This document shows, piece after piece, positions 25,801 through 38,200 of a stretch of DNA of 64,000 bases. The stretch comes from Nitrospirales bacterium (GTDB taxonomy: Bacteria > Nitrospirota > Nitrospiria > Nitrospirales > UBA8639): contig CBDBCZ010000018.1 of NCBI GenBank assembly GCA_965203295.1, positions 800,001 through 864,000 on the forward strand, written 5' to 3'. The translations under genes were made by a program, and so were the position numbers. Each line of letters starts with the position of its first letter. Position 1 is the stretch's first letter. The notes under the pieces were generated by a model that worked only from the letters and a program-made list of their open reading frames with translations, was not told the origin of the DNA and ran no database searches.

Positions 25801-26463
25801 TGCTCCTCCACCTAAAATGGCTATGTTGTTGTGAAAAATGTTTCGAGTAAGGGTAAGAGTGCTGTCCTTTACATAAAGTGCTCCTCCTGAAATAGCTGAG
25901 TTGTTGTAGAAAGTGTTTTGTGTGAGGGTAAGAGTGCTATCCTTTACTATCAGTGCTCCACCTTGCTTTAGACGATAATAATAGTTAACGTTGATGCTAT
26001 TCTGGAAGGTGCAGTTTGAAATATCACACTGCTGTACTGACCGCATACGTACAGCAGCACTCTGGTGGTGACCACACGAGATGAAGGCCAGCGCACAAAT
26101 GTGCAGCTCAGCTATCTGAGTAAAGTCAAACCCGGCTGGCCAGGTGCATACAATCCTACTGCTGACTCCTGGGAGGAAGGATGCATTTCCAAGAAGGATG
26201 AGTTGTAGTAAATTTGCCACAGTGATGGTCTGCTTTAGCGAATGATTGCCAGGAAGGAACTCCATTGTTGTGTTCACTGGTAGGCTACTGAAGTACTGGC
26301 CAGCTACATACTCAGAGAGAGTGTGGCAGGGCTCTCCAGGACATTGTGTGTCGGGTGTGGGTGTGACGTAGTATGTGCTCTGGCCAGAGTTTGAGGTCAG
26401 TAATATGAGAATCAGGACGAGACTCTGCCATGTCAGCAGTAGCGCTGTGGAGACATGCTTCAT
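22849..26463 (-). CDS. Intronless receptor-like membrane protein (about 1204 aa): signal peptide, CPGEPCHTL cap, Pmp-like GGA(L/I)/FxxN beta-helix repeats, Cys-rich stalk, multi-pass TM domain
   Basis: Uninterrupted 3.6-kb ORF with the first ATG at 26463 (MKHVSTALLL). It contains repeated GGAL...TFxNNSA units, CPFDYC and CNYNRSGLLCGRC, and about 7-9 hydrophobic segments at the C-terminus. Confidence 0.9.
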   Translation of the reverse strand: MKHVSTALLLTWQSLVLILILLTSNSGQSTYYVTPTPDTQCPGEPCHTLSEYVAGQYFSSLPVNTTMEFLPGNHSLKQTITVANLLQLILLGNASFLPGVSSRIVCTWPAGFDFTQIAELHICALAFISCGHHQSAAVRMRSVQQCDISNCTFQNSINVNYYYRLKQGGALIVKDSTLTLTQNTFYNNSAISGGALYVKDSTLTLTRNIFHNNIAILGGGALDARFGRLDLTENTFQNNSAGQNGGALNIIRGRLNLTGNTFQANSAGANGGAHYIIGGTLHSVGNHFQNSHAAFGGTVYMHTSQVIFTDDCFTDNYAQFLGGAVLATRNSRVKMWNISIGNNTAKYGGGMAAVDSRLKVFGNTFENNRARYGGGLHVHNTQINGTAIITKNSADEGGGGIYASTSTFFFVNSTTIIADNSAKNGGGLLLSGDSKLYQKSGSAVHFTNNSAMSTGGAIKVEESNPLTYCIPLTTPFYVSNSECFFQRKSRKQHYFLNHFSNIKWYINSLNIRMYFDNNTALEGGSDLHGGSVDNCKINAFKFHSDYEGSTALSGYYFDAVSENKPAISSDPLNICTCRDGVTNCSGSYHPEPVYPGGTLEVPVIAHGQRNGTTTAVIEVVYTSNNISISNLEYSQNINNNCNILQYTIKSHATGTTQKMTLYAKGPCSPTQTNTLNVTVNIQYCPAGYHLSKNDPICICAERLQKFTNTCLVDNKTVLRDYNADFWVGYDSDSEYKGLILHPNCPFDYCKSDETYLAVSDSDQQCNYNRSGLLCGRCSDKLSLVLGSSRCLQCSNFYLLLLVAFASAGIALVVLLMVLRLTVAAGTISGLIFYANILQVNSAIFFQLQMKTTSTMMIANVFSVFISWLNLDLGIETCFYTGMDACAKTWMQFTFPLYLWALVGLIIVGSHYSGRVASIFGSNPIAVLATLFLLSYAKLLRTIIAALSFTFLEYPNNLQIAVWLYDGNVRYLSGKHIPLFTAGMICLICLFFPFTMLLVISQWLQAKSHLMIFSLINSRYVKPFLDAYHAPYTNKYRYWTGLMLLLRLVLFLISAVNALGNPSVNHVAIATTTMLLPPIILGCRVYKTWSLGLLDSSFILNLSILAVATLYVRTSGGNQNAVTITSVGIAFATFTGIVIYHSILQIKNTGLWKTLSQRHDKTKVSLIDVASGLEDPPDRVFVSGSAPTQTVVDLRFLREPCMATE

Positions 26464-27003
26464 GAATTTTGCAACTTTGATGTTCAAATTGATATCCTGT
26501 GTAAGAATAAGCCAATTTAGTGTTTGTTGCCGCTAAGTTTCGTGCATGCATGTTAGTAGCCTCTTAGAAGAAGCATAATTATGATGAGGCTTCGGTAAAT
26601 GGTGTGGAACCATTGTAGTCACATAAAGAACTGCTACATTATTCACCGAACCTCCAACCCATATGCATACGGTTACCTTCATTCCCATGTGCAGTCTCCA
26701 CTGCCAACTATTTTGCATGTCGAAAAACCTGGCAGTGGAGGTTAGAAAACAGGCTAAATTAATTATAATTGTGGAGGACTGGTTGTTTGAACAGGTGTGG
26801 CTCTTTAAACTTAGTCTGGCCACCCATGCAGCCTTGTTGTTTGTTCAGTATGTCTGCTCTGATGAAGACTGCAGCCCAGCAGTCGAAACGTCAGCGTTTG
26901 ATGAAGTTTGTGAAGCCAATTTGTGGTTGGTAGAAAGAGAGCTCCAATCAACATGTTCTTGTATTGTTCTATTGTTATTCTGTGCGTTTTATGTATGTGT
27001 ATA

Positions 27004-27519
27004 TACCATAGAGTACGTATCAAGCGCCCACTACGTAGTAAGCGCCCACCCCCCACTTCAGCGTCAACTTCCTGCAAAGGGTACGTTTATTAACGTAGTA
27101 TCCGCCCACTCGAACGCGTTGCAAACGCACGTCGCAAAGTGAGAAAACAAGGTAAGTATAGCCTTCTTTAACCAACTATTGAAGCATATGTATTAGAATA
27201 GCCATAAAAACATGCAGGTACCTGCAAAATATACGAAATAGCTAGCTGACCTATATCGTCGGTATTCCAATTAAAGCACACTAAAGATCGAATTTTACTG
27301 CTTGATTTCGCTCACTGCACTTTAGTTATAAGTTTAGCTCACCTGAATGGTATGATATTATGGTAGAAAACATATTATGGTGAAGATTCCTCACTTCCAG
27401 GGTGGTGGGCGGATACTACAAGCCGTTTGCGGACGAATACGTAGGAAGCGCCCACCCCACTCTTCCGCTGCATTCTAAGGTTCCCCACCCATGGGCACTT
27501 AATACGTACTCTACAGTAC
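27004..27519. mobile_element. TA-flanked MITE (Tc1/mariner-pogo type)
   Basis: TIRs taccatagagtacgtatcaagcgccca and tgggcacttaatacgtactctacagta, with internal aagcgcccac repeats. Confidence 0.75.
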
Positions 27520-28609
27520 TTTGTTGTATCGCTTTTGTCGTTATGACGGAGAGTTCAGTTACCGTTGACTTAGTATCGCCTACCACGCATGTGGCACCAC
27601 GATCGATCCCTAACAATAATATATGCTCGTTTTGTGAAAACTATTAGAAGCAGCTGAAATGGTAAAGCTTGAATTAGCTGGGATGTGTGAAGATTGCTAT
27701 ATAAGTACAAGCTATCTCTCATGTTTTTGCAGAGCTTGTAGTCCATGGGGATAGTCTTCACAATCATAATACCAGCTATCAGATTGATTACCCAGCTTAG
27801 CCAGGTAGCCATTAAATACTAATACAGTTGGTCTTACCATATCCTTGCAGTTGATCTTCAGTCTCAGATGATTGCTTCAGAACAATATTACACTTGTACT
27901 CACACAACCAAGTTTAAGCAGTTGCAAAATGAGTAACTGCAATCACTAACTGGCTAGCCTTCAGCTAGATATATTGAATAGATACCATACATCACTGACT
28001 GATTGATTGAAGTGGGCGGGACTATTTGTGTTTGTGTGGACACATCATTACATCAGTTCTGACCATCAATCAATCACTACAAACAAGCCCTTGATAAACT
28101 GGGGGAGTTTTAGCAATGCTACAAGTTTACATATATAAATGTAAGCTTAAAGCTTTCATTAATATACTCCCCTGGTTTAAAGAAGGGCTTGTATTCAAAA
28201 CATGAGAAAGTGCATGTTTAGCTGGACAGGTAATGAAACTTAGTAAATACCCTGGAGAGGTTATACCAGGCAAAATGGCCCAGAATAATAACTGTGAGAT
28301 AATAAAGTGCTAGCTAGCTAATTGTATCCATGGCTTGTAGCTAAGTAGCGCCTTCTCCAATGTGGTGTTGTTATCCTACAAATCATTACCTTATATAGTG
28401 AAAGCATATTTAGGCTTCACCCTTTGGCTTCTGTGAGCGCCAATAGCATTCTTTATATGGATTGTTTTGTCTGCTCCATATGCAGTGTATATTGTACACT
28501 TCCTTTCAAATATGTACTTTAACCCATAAACATAAACTTAGTGACCCCTCCCAATCTTAAAATAGGTAGCTATCTAAACATGAGCATACCAGCATGAATT
28601 AACCAACTC

Positions 28610-29460
28610 TCACACACAATCGTAACTACAACAGCATTTAGGGGAGGAATGAACTAGCTACTATGCATAATCTTCTTTATTGGGGTGGTGGTAGGACTAG
28701 CGAACTGGTTTTTAAGTGACTTCCGTCTTTCAGGGGTGTGTTAGCTTCAATGAGCTAATGAAATTGTACTGAACAGGAGTTATTGAATGTTTACCCATAA
28801 CCATTATTAAGATCCCGTTTATTGGGATGGAAGTAGGACTAGCAATTAAAACTGGCTTAGTCTTCCACAAATTGTACCAATAGGAGTTGTTGAATGCATT
28901 CAGGGAATTAAGGATTTAACTACTGATCATATTTATTGAGATGAAGGTAGGACTAGTGAACTGGCTTTTAATACACTTCCGCCTGCTAGTGGAGAGTGAA
29001 CTTGAAAAAGTTACTAAATGTTTGAATTATGTCGTGCAGAAAAGCCTGAGTGTGACACTATGACAGCATAATTTTGAAAAACAGATGTTTTTAGACACCA
29101 GTAGGTGTTCATTATGGTTTATTGTGACAGTGGTAGGACTGATCTAGTGAACTGGTTTATTTGCTTCCATCTAAAAGTGGTGTGTGAGCTTCAATATGTT
29201 AACAGAATTGTGCCGAAAAGGCATTATTGAATGTTTACCTAGAAACCAATATTACAACAGCATTCAGGGGATACTTGAATTACTAATCCAGTTGTTTTCG
29301 GGATTGAGGTGGGACTAGTGAAATGGCTTTTAGTAGATTTCCACCCATTTGGTGGTATTAGCTAACGAAATTGTACCAAACAAGAGTTACTGAATGCTTA
29401 CCAACTTTCGCCCACAACCATCATCACAACATTCAGGGGAGGATTTAACTACTAATCCTA
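28610..29460. repeat. Degenerate tandem array (units of about 115-185 bp) with a ggtaggactag...gagttattgaatg core; further units at 33655-34020
   Basis: The (g)taggactag core recurs about five times here and twice near 33.7-33.9 kb. Confidence 0.75.
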
Positions 29461-30222
29461 TCTAGTCACAAGCAAGGCTTTAGGAACTTTCTCACTGACA
29501 CACAGCAGGTTGGAACTCCAGATGCATTACCATGTCGTGCAGAAAAGTCTGAGTGTGTTTGAAAATTTGAAACACAGATGCCTTTAAGATCAGACACGAA
29601 TGGGTGTTCATATTAGAGTGGTTTCACTGAAGAGATTACTTTACTCATATTTTATTATCTGGGGCTTAATTTCTCTCAGAACTTAGACACTGAAAATATT
29701 TAGCTAAACACTTTTCTCATGCTTTTATTGATCCTACTTAGCTCTCTGCTCAGCATACAATTAAGACATTTGCCAAAATGTGCAAAAACATGTAGGGATG
29801 CACTTCCACCAAAAAACACTTCCCCAAAAACCATTGAAACAAGTGACAATGTACACCGCAATGCATGTGCTGACTACCCACACATCACAGCGCAATGCAT
29901 TTGCCGTGTAGCTACATACCATCCCTGCATTATTCCAACCACACCCATCACAATCGTGTATACGTATGTGAGATGTGAATAGTGGAAGTGTAATTTGCTG
30001 TGTATGTATTGCTAATGACTGTGTATGTTGGTGGTTGTGGAAGGTTGCTGAAAGTGTTGATAGTGCATATAGCTACATGTTAGACTAGTGAGTCAATGAT
30101 GATGGAGTCATACATATGGTGTTTGTATAGGGGCTTTGGTAGTGTTTGGTTATGCGTGGATGAGTGCAAGTTATGAAGTCTTGTGAGTGTTGTGAAATGC
30201 TTGTGCGTGCGGGTTCTTTGTA

Positions 30223-30510
30223 GGGAGGTGTATGTGAGTGTATTTGGTAAAGTGTAGTCTTGTGTTGTCAACTTTGTTGAGTGTGTTGTAGCGATGGTGG
30301 TTGATGTGGGCTGTGTGTGGGAGGTGTATGTGAGTGTATTTGGTAAAGTGTAGTCTTGTGTTGTCAACTTTGTTGAGTGTGTTGTAGCTATGGTGGTTGA
30401 TGTGGGCTGTGTGTGGGAGGTGTATGTGAGTGTATTTGGTAAAGTGTAGTCTTGTGTTGTCAACTTTGTTGAGTGTGTTGTAGCTATGGTGGTTGATGTG
30501 GGCTGTGTGT
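30223..30510. repeat. 96-bp x3 GT-rich tandem repeat
   Basis: Units start at 30223, 30319 and 30415. Confidence 0.92.
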
Positions 30511-33481
30511 GTTGTGCGTGTTGGTGGCAGTGTCGTGATGTGAGGAATTGCTCTGCTTGGTTTGTGCTTGAGAATGTGGGATTTGAGGAGCGAAGTGCAT
30601 TTTGATGGGAGTATAGTATGCATATTCCTGCGAAGGTTTGGGTTCATCATGGAGTACGGTAGTATCATGGAGTATGGTAGTGCTCCATATGTAGAGATGG
30701 CATGGGGAAAAAATGGCGGCCCCATATAACGCGTACAAAATTATACGTTCAAACCTCGGCTCTGATTACAGACATAGGCTTTCATGAGCCATATCATGAC
30801 ACCTCGAGTGTTTTTATCAGCAACAACACTGTCAGCGGTGCTATAAAGCTTCGCTGGAGTACCAGACCAGCAAGTCGGCACACTGGGGGGGGGGGGGGGC
30901 TAATGGACTAATTCTTCTTTGTTTGTTTGTTTCTTTCTTTCTTCAGCCAGGCTAGCACTGACTGAAACTATCACGATGATTCAAGTGCGAACACGTTAGA
31001 TATTCCCTGGGGTATTGCACTCGTAGCATAACGTTTTCGAAGAAACCAAACAGGTTCAGCAGTGATTCACGAGTACTCTCGAGGTGATGCCTGCCGTTTT
31101 ACGTTCCATTCCGGGTTTTAGAAACCGCAGACTTCACGTGTTCATCTATTTAACGCCTGCTCTGATCGTGCCAGCTGTCCGGGCCTGAGCTGCATCTCCC
31201 GGTTCATCACTTTGTAAGTCACCCAAACTTTTCACTAGAATATACTTACTCACATGGCTGGTTCTTATTTTGGTTGACCCAAGTCCAAACAGCTTCTGGC
31301 TACTGGTACTGTTTAAGGTAGGAAAAGCCTCAGCCCGAATCCAGGATTCAAATGGATGGCTTTGTTGAGAACATAAAAGTCCAGAGGAGGTACGTCAGCA
31401 TCACGTGCTAAGAGGCAACTAGTCACATGACCGGTAAGTATATCGAGCTATTTTACTTGGAAGAGACGATCTGTGCGTTTGTGCGTTACTTTTCCGAGAG
31501 GTATTCCAGCTAATGACTGCTATAAATCAGCAGTCAATACTTTCTACCATCATTGTAGGCATCTACCGTACTTCTAGCGAGTGGCTTACCGATATACTCT
31601 TGTAGTTCAGCCCGATCTTTAGGTCCATGATTTTTGCCTTCAAAAAGTAAGCCTTTTGAGCGTCTGAGCCCCTCTGAGCCCCCGGCAAAATAGCGAGAAA
31701 ATCGAGGTTTTAGCTGCCAACTGCACTTGTACGCATGCGTAATAGCTAAAAGAACGCAATTAATCGTGCACGCCAGTGCATGACGTAATGCTTAATTCAA
31801 ACCTTGACGTACCTCCTCTGATAAAAGTCTACCTCAAATTGACGAAAAGGACGCATCTAACCACACCTTCTGCTAAATAATCCACAAAAAAGCAATTTCG
31901 GGTTGTTTACTAAGACGAAAAATTTGGGAATCTACTAGAGCCCCACCCACAGTAAGTCAACTTCACCAGTACCTACACAGGAAAGGCTACAAACGTAGGG
32001 ATGCTTTCTCACATGAATGCTTTAAAGCCAATTTTACAGCCATGAACCCATCCAACTGCCCCAAAACCCTCATTCTCGCTAAGGATGTAGCTAAGGGTGA
32101 TTGATGGATAGAGGTGAGGTGGCGTGGTTGATGATTGTGGATGGTTGTTTGTGTCGAAGGAAGTACTGAGTGTGCAGTTGAGTGTGGGGGCATGGTATGG
32201 ATTGTTGTTGGTGTGGTTGGAAAGATGTAGGGATGGTAGCTACGTGGTAAATGCATTGCGATGTTATGTGGGGGTAGTCTGCACATGCATTGCGGTGTAC
32301 ATTGTCACTTGTTTCATTTGTTTTTGGGGAAGTGTTTTTTGGTGGAAGTGCATCCCTAGCTACATGACTTATTTTACACTTATTGGCAAAGTGCTTTCTC
32401 TGGTATATAGGCATTGTAGATGTTGTTAGAATGGAACGTGTTTGATGATATTGCGTGAAAATATGGTTCCGATTTGTATTCCAGTCAGCATCAAGAAGAC
32501 CTTTGGCTGTATGTGTATGGGGGGGGGTGGTACTTTGTATGCCGTATGCCTAATAATTTGAGAAAGAAAATCCATATAACCTTTTCTACCCCGTTGCTTG
32601 GGCGGACTAAAGACACCGCCTGGGGTTTATCTGTGATATTCCCCCGGAAGTGCATCACTTCCTGAAAAATATATATATATATTTCACAGGAAATGCATCA
32701 CTTCCTGGGAAATAACAGAAAGAATAATAGTATGAATAACAAAAATCAACCCGGTAAGCACAATACAAAACCAAGCAACTACAGTGTACAAGCAAGCACA
32801 TACCTATATCTATATCACACACCAACTCATCAAATTCTTCGTGTATATACATCCTAGTAATATAAGTAATAAATGGTTTAAGTTCAACATTTGTTTTAAG
32901 ATACATGATATTGAATGATCAGCTGCTATTCACTATTATTATATAACAAGTTACAGAAAAAGCACTTTGCTAAAAAGTGCAAAAAACCGGTCATGTAGGG
33001 ATGCACTTTCACCAAAAAACACTGCCCCAAAAACCAATAAAAAAAGCAACAATGTACATCGGAAGGCATGCATAGACTACACACATCACAGTGCAATGCA
33101 TTTACCGCGTAGCTACCATTCCTACATCTTTCCAACCACACCCACCCCAATTGTGTATATGAGATGTAAATAGTGGTAGTGCAGTTGAGTATGGGGTGCA
33201 GCCCTAGACACAATGATTAATTTAACAGTGCCATTTCATGATTACAAAACACAGCATTTGTTGAATGATAACCCTAGCTTACATTTTTGACTTTTTTAGT
33301 TTGTACTTACAATCAATACACCATGCTTTTGTATATCATGGAGTACGGTAGTACTCCATATGTATAGGGATGGCCCTGGAAAAAAATGGCTTCCCCATTA
33401 AATGCGTACAAAATTAAGTGTTCAGGACTCTGTTGTAGGTGTAGTTCATTGTGTTCATGATTTTGACCACTGTTTTGGTGA

Positions 33482-33617
33482 TCAGTCTGTCGCCATGCAT
33501 GCTTTTCGTACCTCACGCATATCAACCACTATCCGGGTTGGAGCAGCCTCAGACTTGACCATATATTCTGGTGGGTCCTCAGGCCCTGAATCCACATCAG
33601 TCAGGGGAACTTTCATC
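33482..33617 (-). pseudogene. C-terminal remnant of a third receptor copy
   Basis: Reads KVPLTDVDSGPEDPPEYMVKSEAAPTRIVVDMREVRKACMATD*, close to the copy 2 C-terminus. 3' flank homology continues down to about 32870. Confidence 0.85.
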
Positions 33618-35212
33618 CACAATTACTACTCCAACAGCATTACGGAGAGGGTTGAACATCTATTGGGATGTGGGTAGGACTAGTAAACAGGTTTTTTTGT
33701 AGTCTCACACCTATCAGGGGGTATGAGCTTCAATAGGCTTACAAACGGTACCCAATAAGGGTTATTGAATGTTTTCCAACTCTCTCCCACAATCTTCATT
33801 ACAACTGAGAAGGATTTACTACTAATCCTGTTGTTTAGATGGAGGCAGGACTAGTGAACTGTTTTTAAAGACTTTCACCTACTAGGGGGGTGTGAGCTTC
33901 AATATTACTTCATAAGCTAATGAAATTGTACTGGACAGGAGTTATTGAATGTCTGCCAGCGTTCACCTACAAATTAATACGATAGCATTCAGTGGAGGAT
34001 TGATCTACTAATCCTGTTTAGTCTCTAGGCTTTAGGAGCCTTCTCACTGACACACAGCAAGTTGGAACTCCCAGAAGCATAGTCATGTCATGCAGTAAAG
34101 CCTGAGTGTGTTGCTATAAGTACCAAAATTTGAAACACAGAGGCCTTCAGACCCAAATGGGTGTTCACAATGGCGTTCATAATACAGTGGTTTCACTGAA
34201 GAGATTATTTTACTCATAATTATGTAAATATCTTGTGGCAACTATAATAGTTTTTTTTTAATTACATAATTACATTTCCTTACCGTTTCTCATATAATTA
34301 TCATAAATCAATAAAAGACCATGGCAAGTCAAGATGGGATCCCCTAAAAGTAACCAGACAAGGTAGGAATAAGACTTTCATCAATTAGTGGATTATCATC
34401 CCTACATTTTGACAAGCACACGCACACTGCAAAACCGTCGTACAGCTCCCTGTATGTTTGGTATACTGGTACAACACTATCATACCTATTTCTCCCCTTC
34501 TCCTCCTTCATTCTTTTACACAGACATTGATATTCAGCACCTGATCATAGCGACATAAATCGGACCACAACTATAGCTATAGTGATTTGCAGTCAGGAAC
34601 GAACTCCATGCAGGTTTTATCAGCTACATGGATTGCCACCCCTGGCTATTATTATTTTCTTCAATGGCAAAACTAATGTTAAAATGTACAGGAGTATGAA
34701 TTCTTTAACCAACAATCATTATAAGATGATTGAAGTGCTATTACCTATAGGTTATAATAGGCAATGTTGAGAACCGGAAGTGATATCAATAAGAATTAGG
34801 TAGTCTAGTATAAATTTTATTGTGACAATGAAAAAATGTAATAGTTATGCATTAATATTGAAAGACACTAAACACATGAACATGAAGGATTACTAACAGT
34901 GTAATAATATGCTAAAATGCTAACGTTCTAACTAAGTGATGGTTGTGGATTGAAAGATATAATCATAATTAGAAGGTTTAAGTTCAATTATGTCTTAAGA
35001 TACATGACATTGAATGATCAGCTGCTATTTACTATTATTATGTGTATACAAAAGCACCGTGTATTGATTGTAAGTACAAACTAAAAGTGTCAAAAATGTA
35101 AGCGAAGTGATTCCGTAATAGCTATCATTCAACAATTGCTGTGTTCAGTAATCATGAAGTGGCACTGTTAAAAATAATCATTGTGTTCATGATTTGACCA
35201 CTGTTTTGGTGA

Positions 35213-38200
35213 TCAGTCTGTTGCCATGCATGCTTCTCGTAACTCACGCATATCAACCACTGTCCGGGTTGGAGCAGCCCCTGACAGGAACACACGGTCT
35301 GGTGGGTCCTCAGGCCCTGAGTCCACATCAGTCAGGGGAACTCTCACATAGGCAGGCCTCTGGTGCCATCTCCTCCACATCCTGGTACTTTTGAATTGCT
35401 CAGCAGAGTGGTAGATTAAAATCCCAGTGAATGTTGCAAAAGCTATGCCAACTGAGGTGAATGTAACAGCATTCTGGTTGCCTCCACTGGCACGTATGTA
35501 CAAAGTGGCCAAAGAAAGGATGGTCAGGTTGATGATAAAGGATGTTTCAAGGAGGCCAAGGCTCCATGTCTTGTAGATTCGGCAACCAAGTATGGTAGGA
35601 AGTATTAACACTGTAATAGTCACAACAGCCAGAAGGTTAATATTAGGGTCTCCAAGAGCATTGACTGCAGAGATAAGAAACAAAACAAGGCGAAGTAAAA
35701 GCATTAGTCCAGTCCAGTAGCGGTGTTTGTTAGTGTAGGGGGCATGGTAGGCATCTAGGAAAGGTTTGACATAGCGACTGTTGATGTGAGAGAAGATCAT
35801 TAAATGTGAGTTGGCTTGGAGCCATTGGCTGAAGATCAGCAGCAATGTATAGGGGAGAAACAGGATAATCAGGCAAGAAATCCCAGCAGTGAACAGTGGA
35901 ATGTGCTTGCCACTGAGGTATCTAACATTCCCATCATATAGCCACACAGCAAACTGTAAATTATTGGGATACTCAAGGGATGTAAAAGAAAGTGCAGCAA
36001 TAATAGTGCGGAGCAGTTTGGCATACGAGAGCAGAAAGAGAGTGGCCAGTACAGCAATTGGATTCCGTCCAAATATACTGGCTACTCTCCCTGAGTAGTA
36101 GCTGCCAACTATTATCAATCCCACCAGAACACACACATACAGGGGGAATGCAAACTGCATCCACGTTTTGCATACACATCCATTCCTGTGTAGAAGCAAG
36201 TTTCAATTCCGAGGTCCAAGTTTAGCCAAGCTAGGAAAACACTAAAGATTTTTGCTATCAGCCATATTGGAACACTTGTCATTTTGCTTTGAGGCTGGAA
36301 GAATATTGCTGAGTTCACCGCTATAATATTTGCATAAAAGATTAATCCATTGATGGTTCCAGCTGCAACTGTCAGCCTCAGGACAAGAAGTAAGACCACT
36401 AGTGCAATGCCAGCAAATGCAAATGCAGCTAAAAGTGAAAGATAATGATTGGAGCACTGCAAGCAGCGAGAGCTGCCAAATACAAGGCTCAGGTTTTCAC
36501 TGCATCTTCCACACAGTAAACCACTCCTGTTATAGTTACACTGTTGGTCACTGTCATTGACTGCCAAGTATGTTTCTTCTGATGTGCAGTAATCGAAGGG
36601 ACAATTTGGATGAAGAATCAAACCTTTGGAATCATTGTCACTGTCATAGCCTACCCAAAAGTCAACATTGCGTTCACGTAACACTGTTTCGTTGTCGACT
36701 AAGCACGTGTTTGTAAATTTTTGAAGTCTCTCACCACAAATGCATATTGGATCATTCTTTGATAGAGAAAAGCCAGGAGGACAGTATTGAATGTTCACAG
36801 TAACTTTAAGGGTGTTAGTCTGAGTGGGTGAACAAGGACCTTCAGCGTAAAGAATAATATCTTGAGTGGTACCAGTTGCATGTGAATGTATGGTGTACTT
36901 GAGGGTATTAGAAGTGTTATTAATGTTTTGAGAATATTCAAGATTGCTAACACTCACATTGTTAGATGTGCCAACAACTTGTATCACGGCTGCGCTTGTA
37001 CCATTTCTTTGCCCTTGTGAAATGACTGGAATCTCCAGTGTTCCCCCAGGATATACAGGCTCAGGGTGGTAGGAACCACTACAGTTTGATACACCATTTC
37101 TGCAAGTACAGATATTCAGTGGTTCAGAAGAAATAGCTGATTTGTTTTCACTCACTACATTATAAAAATATCCACTAATAGCTGTCGAACCATGATAAAA
37201 TAAATTGAACTTGAAGCCATTGATTTTACAGTTGTCAACTGAGCCACCATGCAAGTCAGTACCTCCTTCTACAGCTGTGTTGCTGTCAAAGTACATCCTG
37301 ATATTGAGGGAATCGGCATATTCCTTAGCTTGGTCAAAAGTATACAGTGATGTACTTGATTCTATAATTTGAAAGAAACACTCACTGTTGCTCACATAAA
37401 AAGATGTTGTAAGAGGAATGCAGTACGTTAATGGGTCGCTTTCTTCCACCTTGATGGCACCTCCAGTACTCATAGCACTGTTGCTTGTAAAGTGAACAGC
37501 TGAACCTGACTGCTGGTAGAGTTTAGAATTACCAGATAGTAGGAGTCCTCCACCATTCATAGCTGAATTTTTTGTAATGATTGTTGTATTATCCACAAAG
37601 AAAATAGTGCTCATAGATGCGTAAATACCTCCTCCTCCTTCACTTGCAGAATTTATTGAGATGATAGCAGTTCCATTAAATTCTGTGTTGTGTAAATACA
37701 GCCCTCCACCATATATGGCTCCGTTGTTCTGAAAGGTGATTTCAAAAACTTTCAGTTGACTATCCACTGCAGCCATACCTCCACCATACTTTGCTCTGTT
37801 ATTATCAATTGTAATATTATGCATTTCTATTATGCTGTTGCCAGTTGCAAGGACTGCACCACCCTGGAATTGTGCATAATTGTTAGGGAAGTGATCATCA
37901 GCGAAGGTTACATGGCTTCCATCCATGTGTAAAGTACCCCCAAAGGCCGCATGGTTGTTTTTAAAATGATTTCCTATGGAATGAAGGATGCCATAAAATA
38001 CATAAACTGCTCCTGCGGAATCATAAGCAGTGTTGTTCAGGAATGTGTTCCTTGTGAGGTTCACATTGCCTTCCGATACAGAAAGTGCTCCTCCATCAAC
38101 ATCAGCAGTATTGTACTGGAATGTACTTCGTGTCAAATTGAGCATGGCATGAAAAGCACTAAGTGCTCCCCCACGAATACCAGCAGAGTTGTACTTGAAT

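Noticed and set aside
22849..26463. Bacterial contamination or a Chlamydia Pmp autotransporter
   Set aside because: The C-terminus is alpha-helical multi-TM with a Cys-rich stalk rather than a beta-barrel, and the gene is embedded among spliced genes and eukaryotic transposons.
28610..29460. CRISPR-like repeat/spacer appearance
   Set aside because: Whole units are degenerate copies with no unique spacers, there are no cas genes, and the context is eukaryotic.
30080..30738. Thr/His-rich mucin-like ORFs
   Set aside because: They are a by-product of the 96-bp GT-rich tandem repeat inside a dispersed repeat.
32946..33200. Apparent flip-flop inversion of the CA-rich core between its inverted arms
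   Set aside because: It is explained more simply as an internally deleted right end of an element whose arms are longer than in the truncated 44730 copy.
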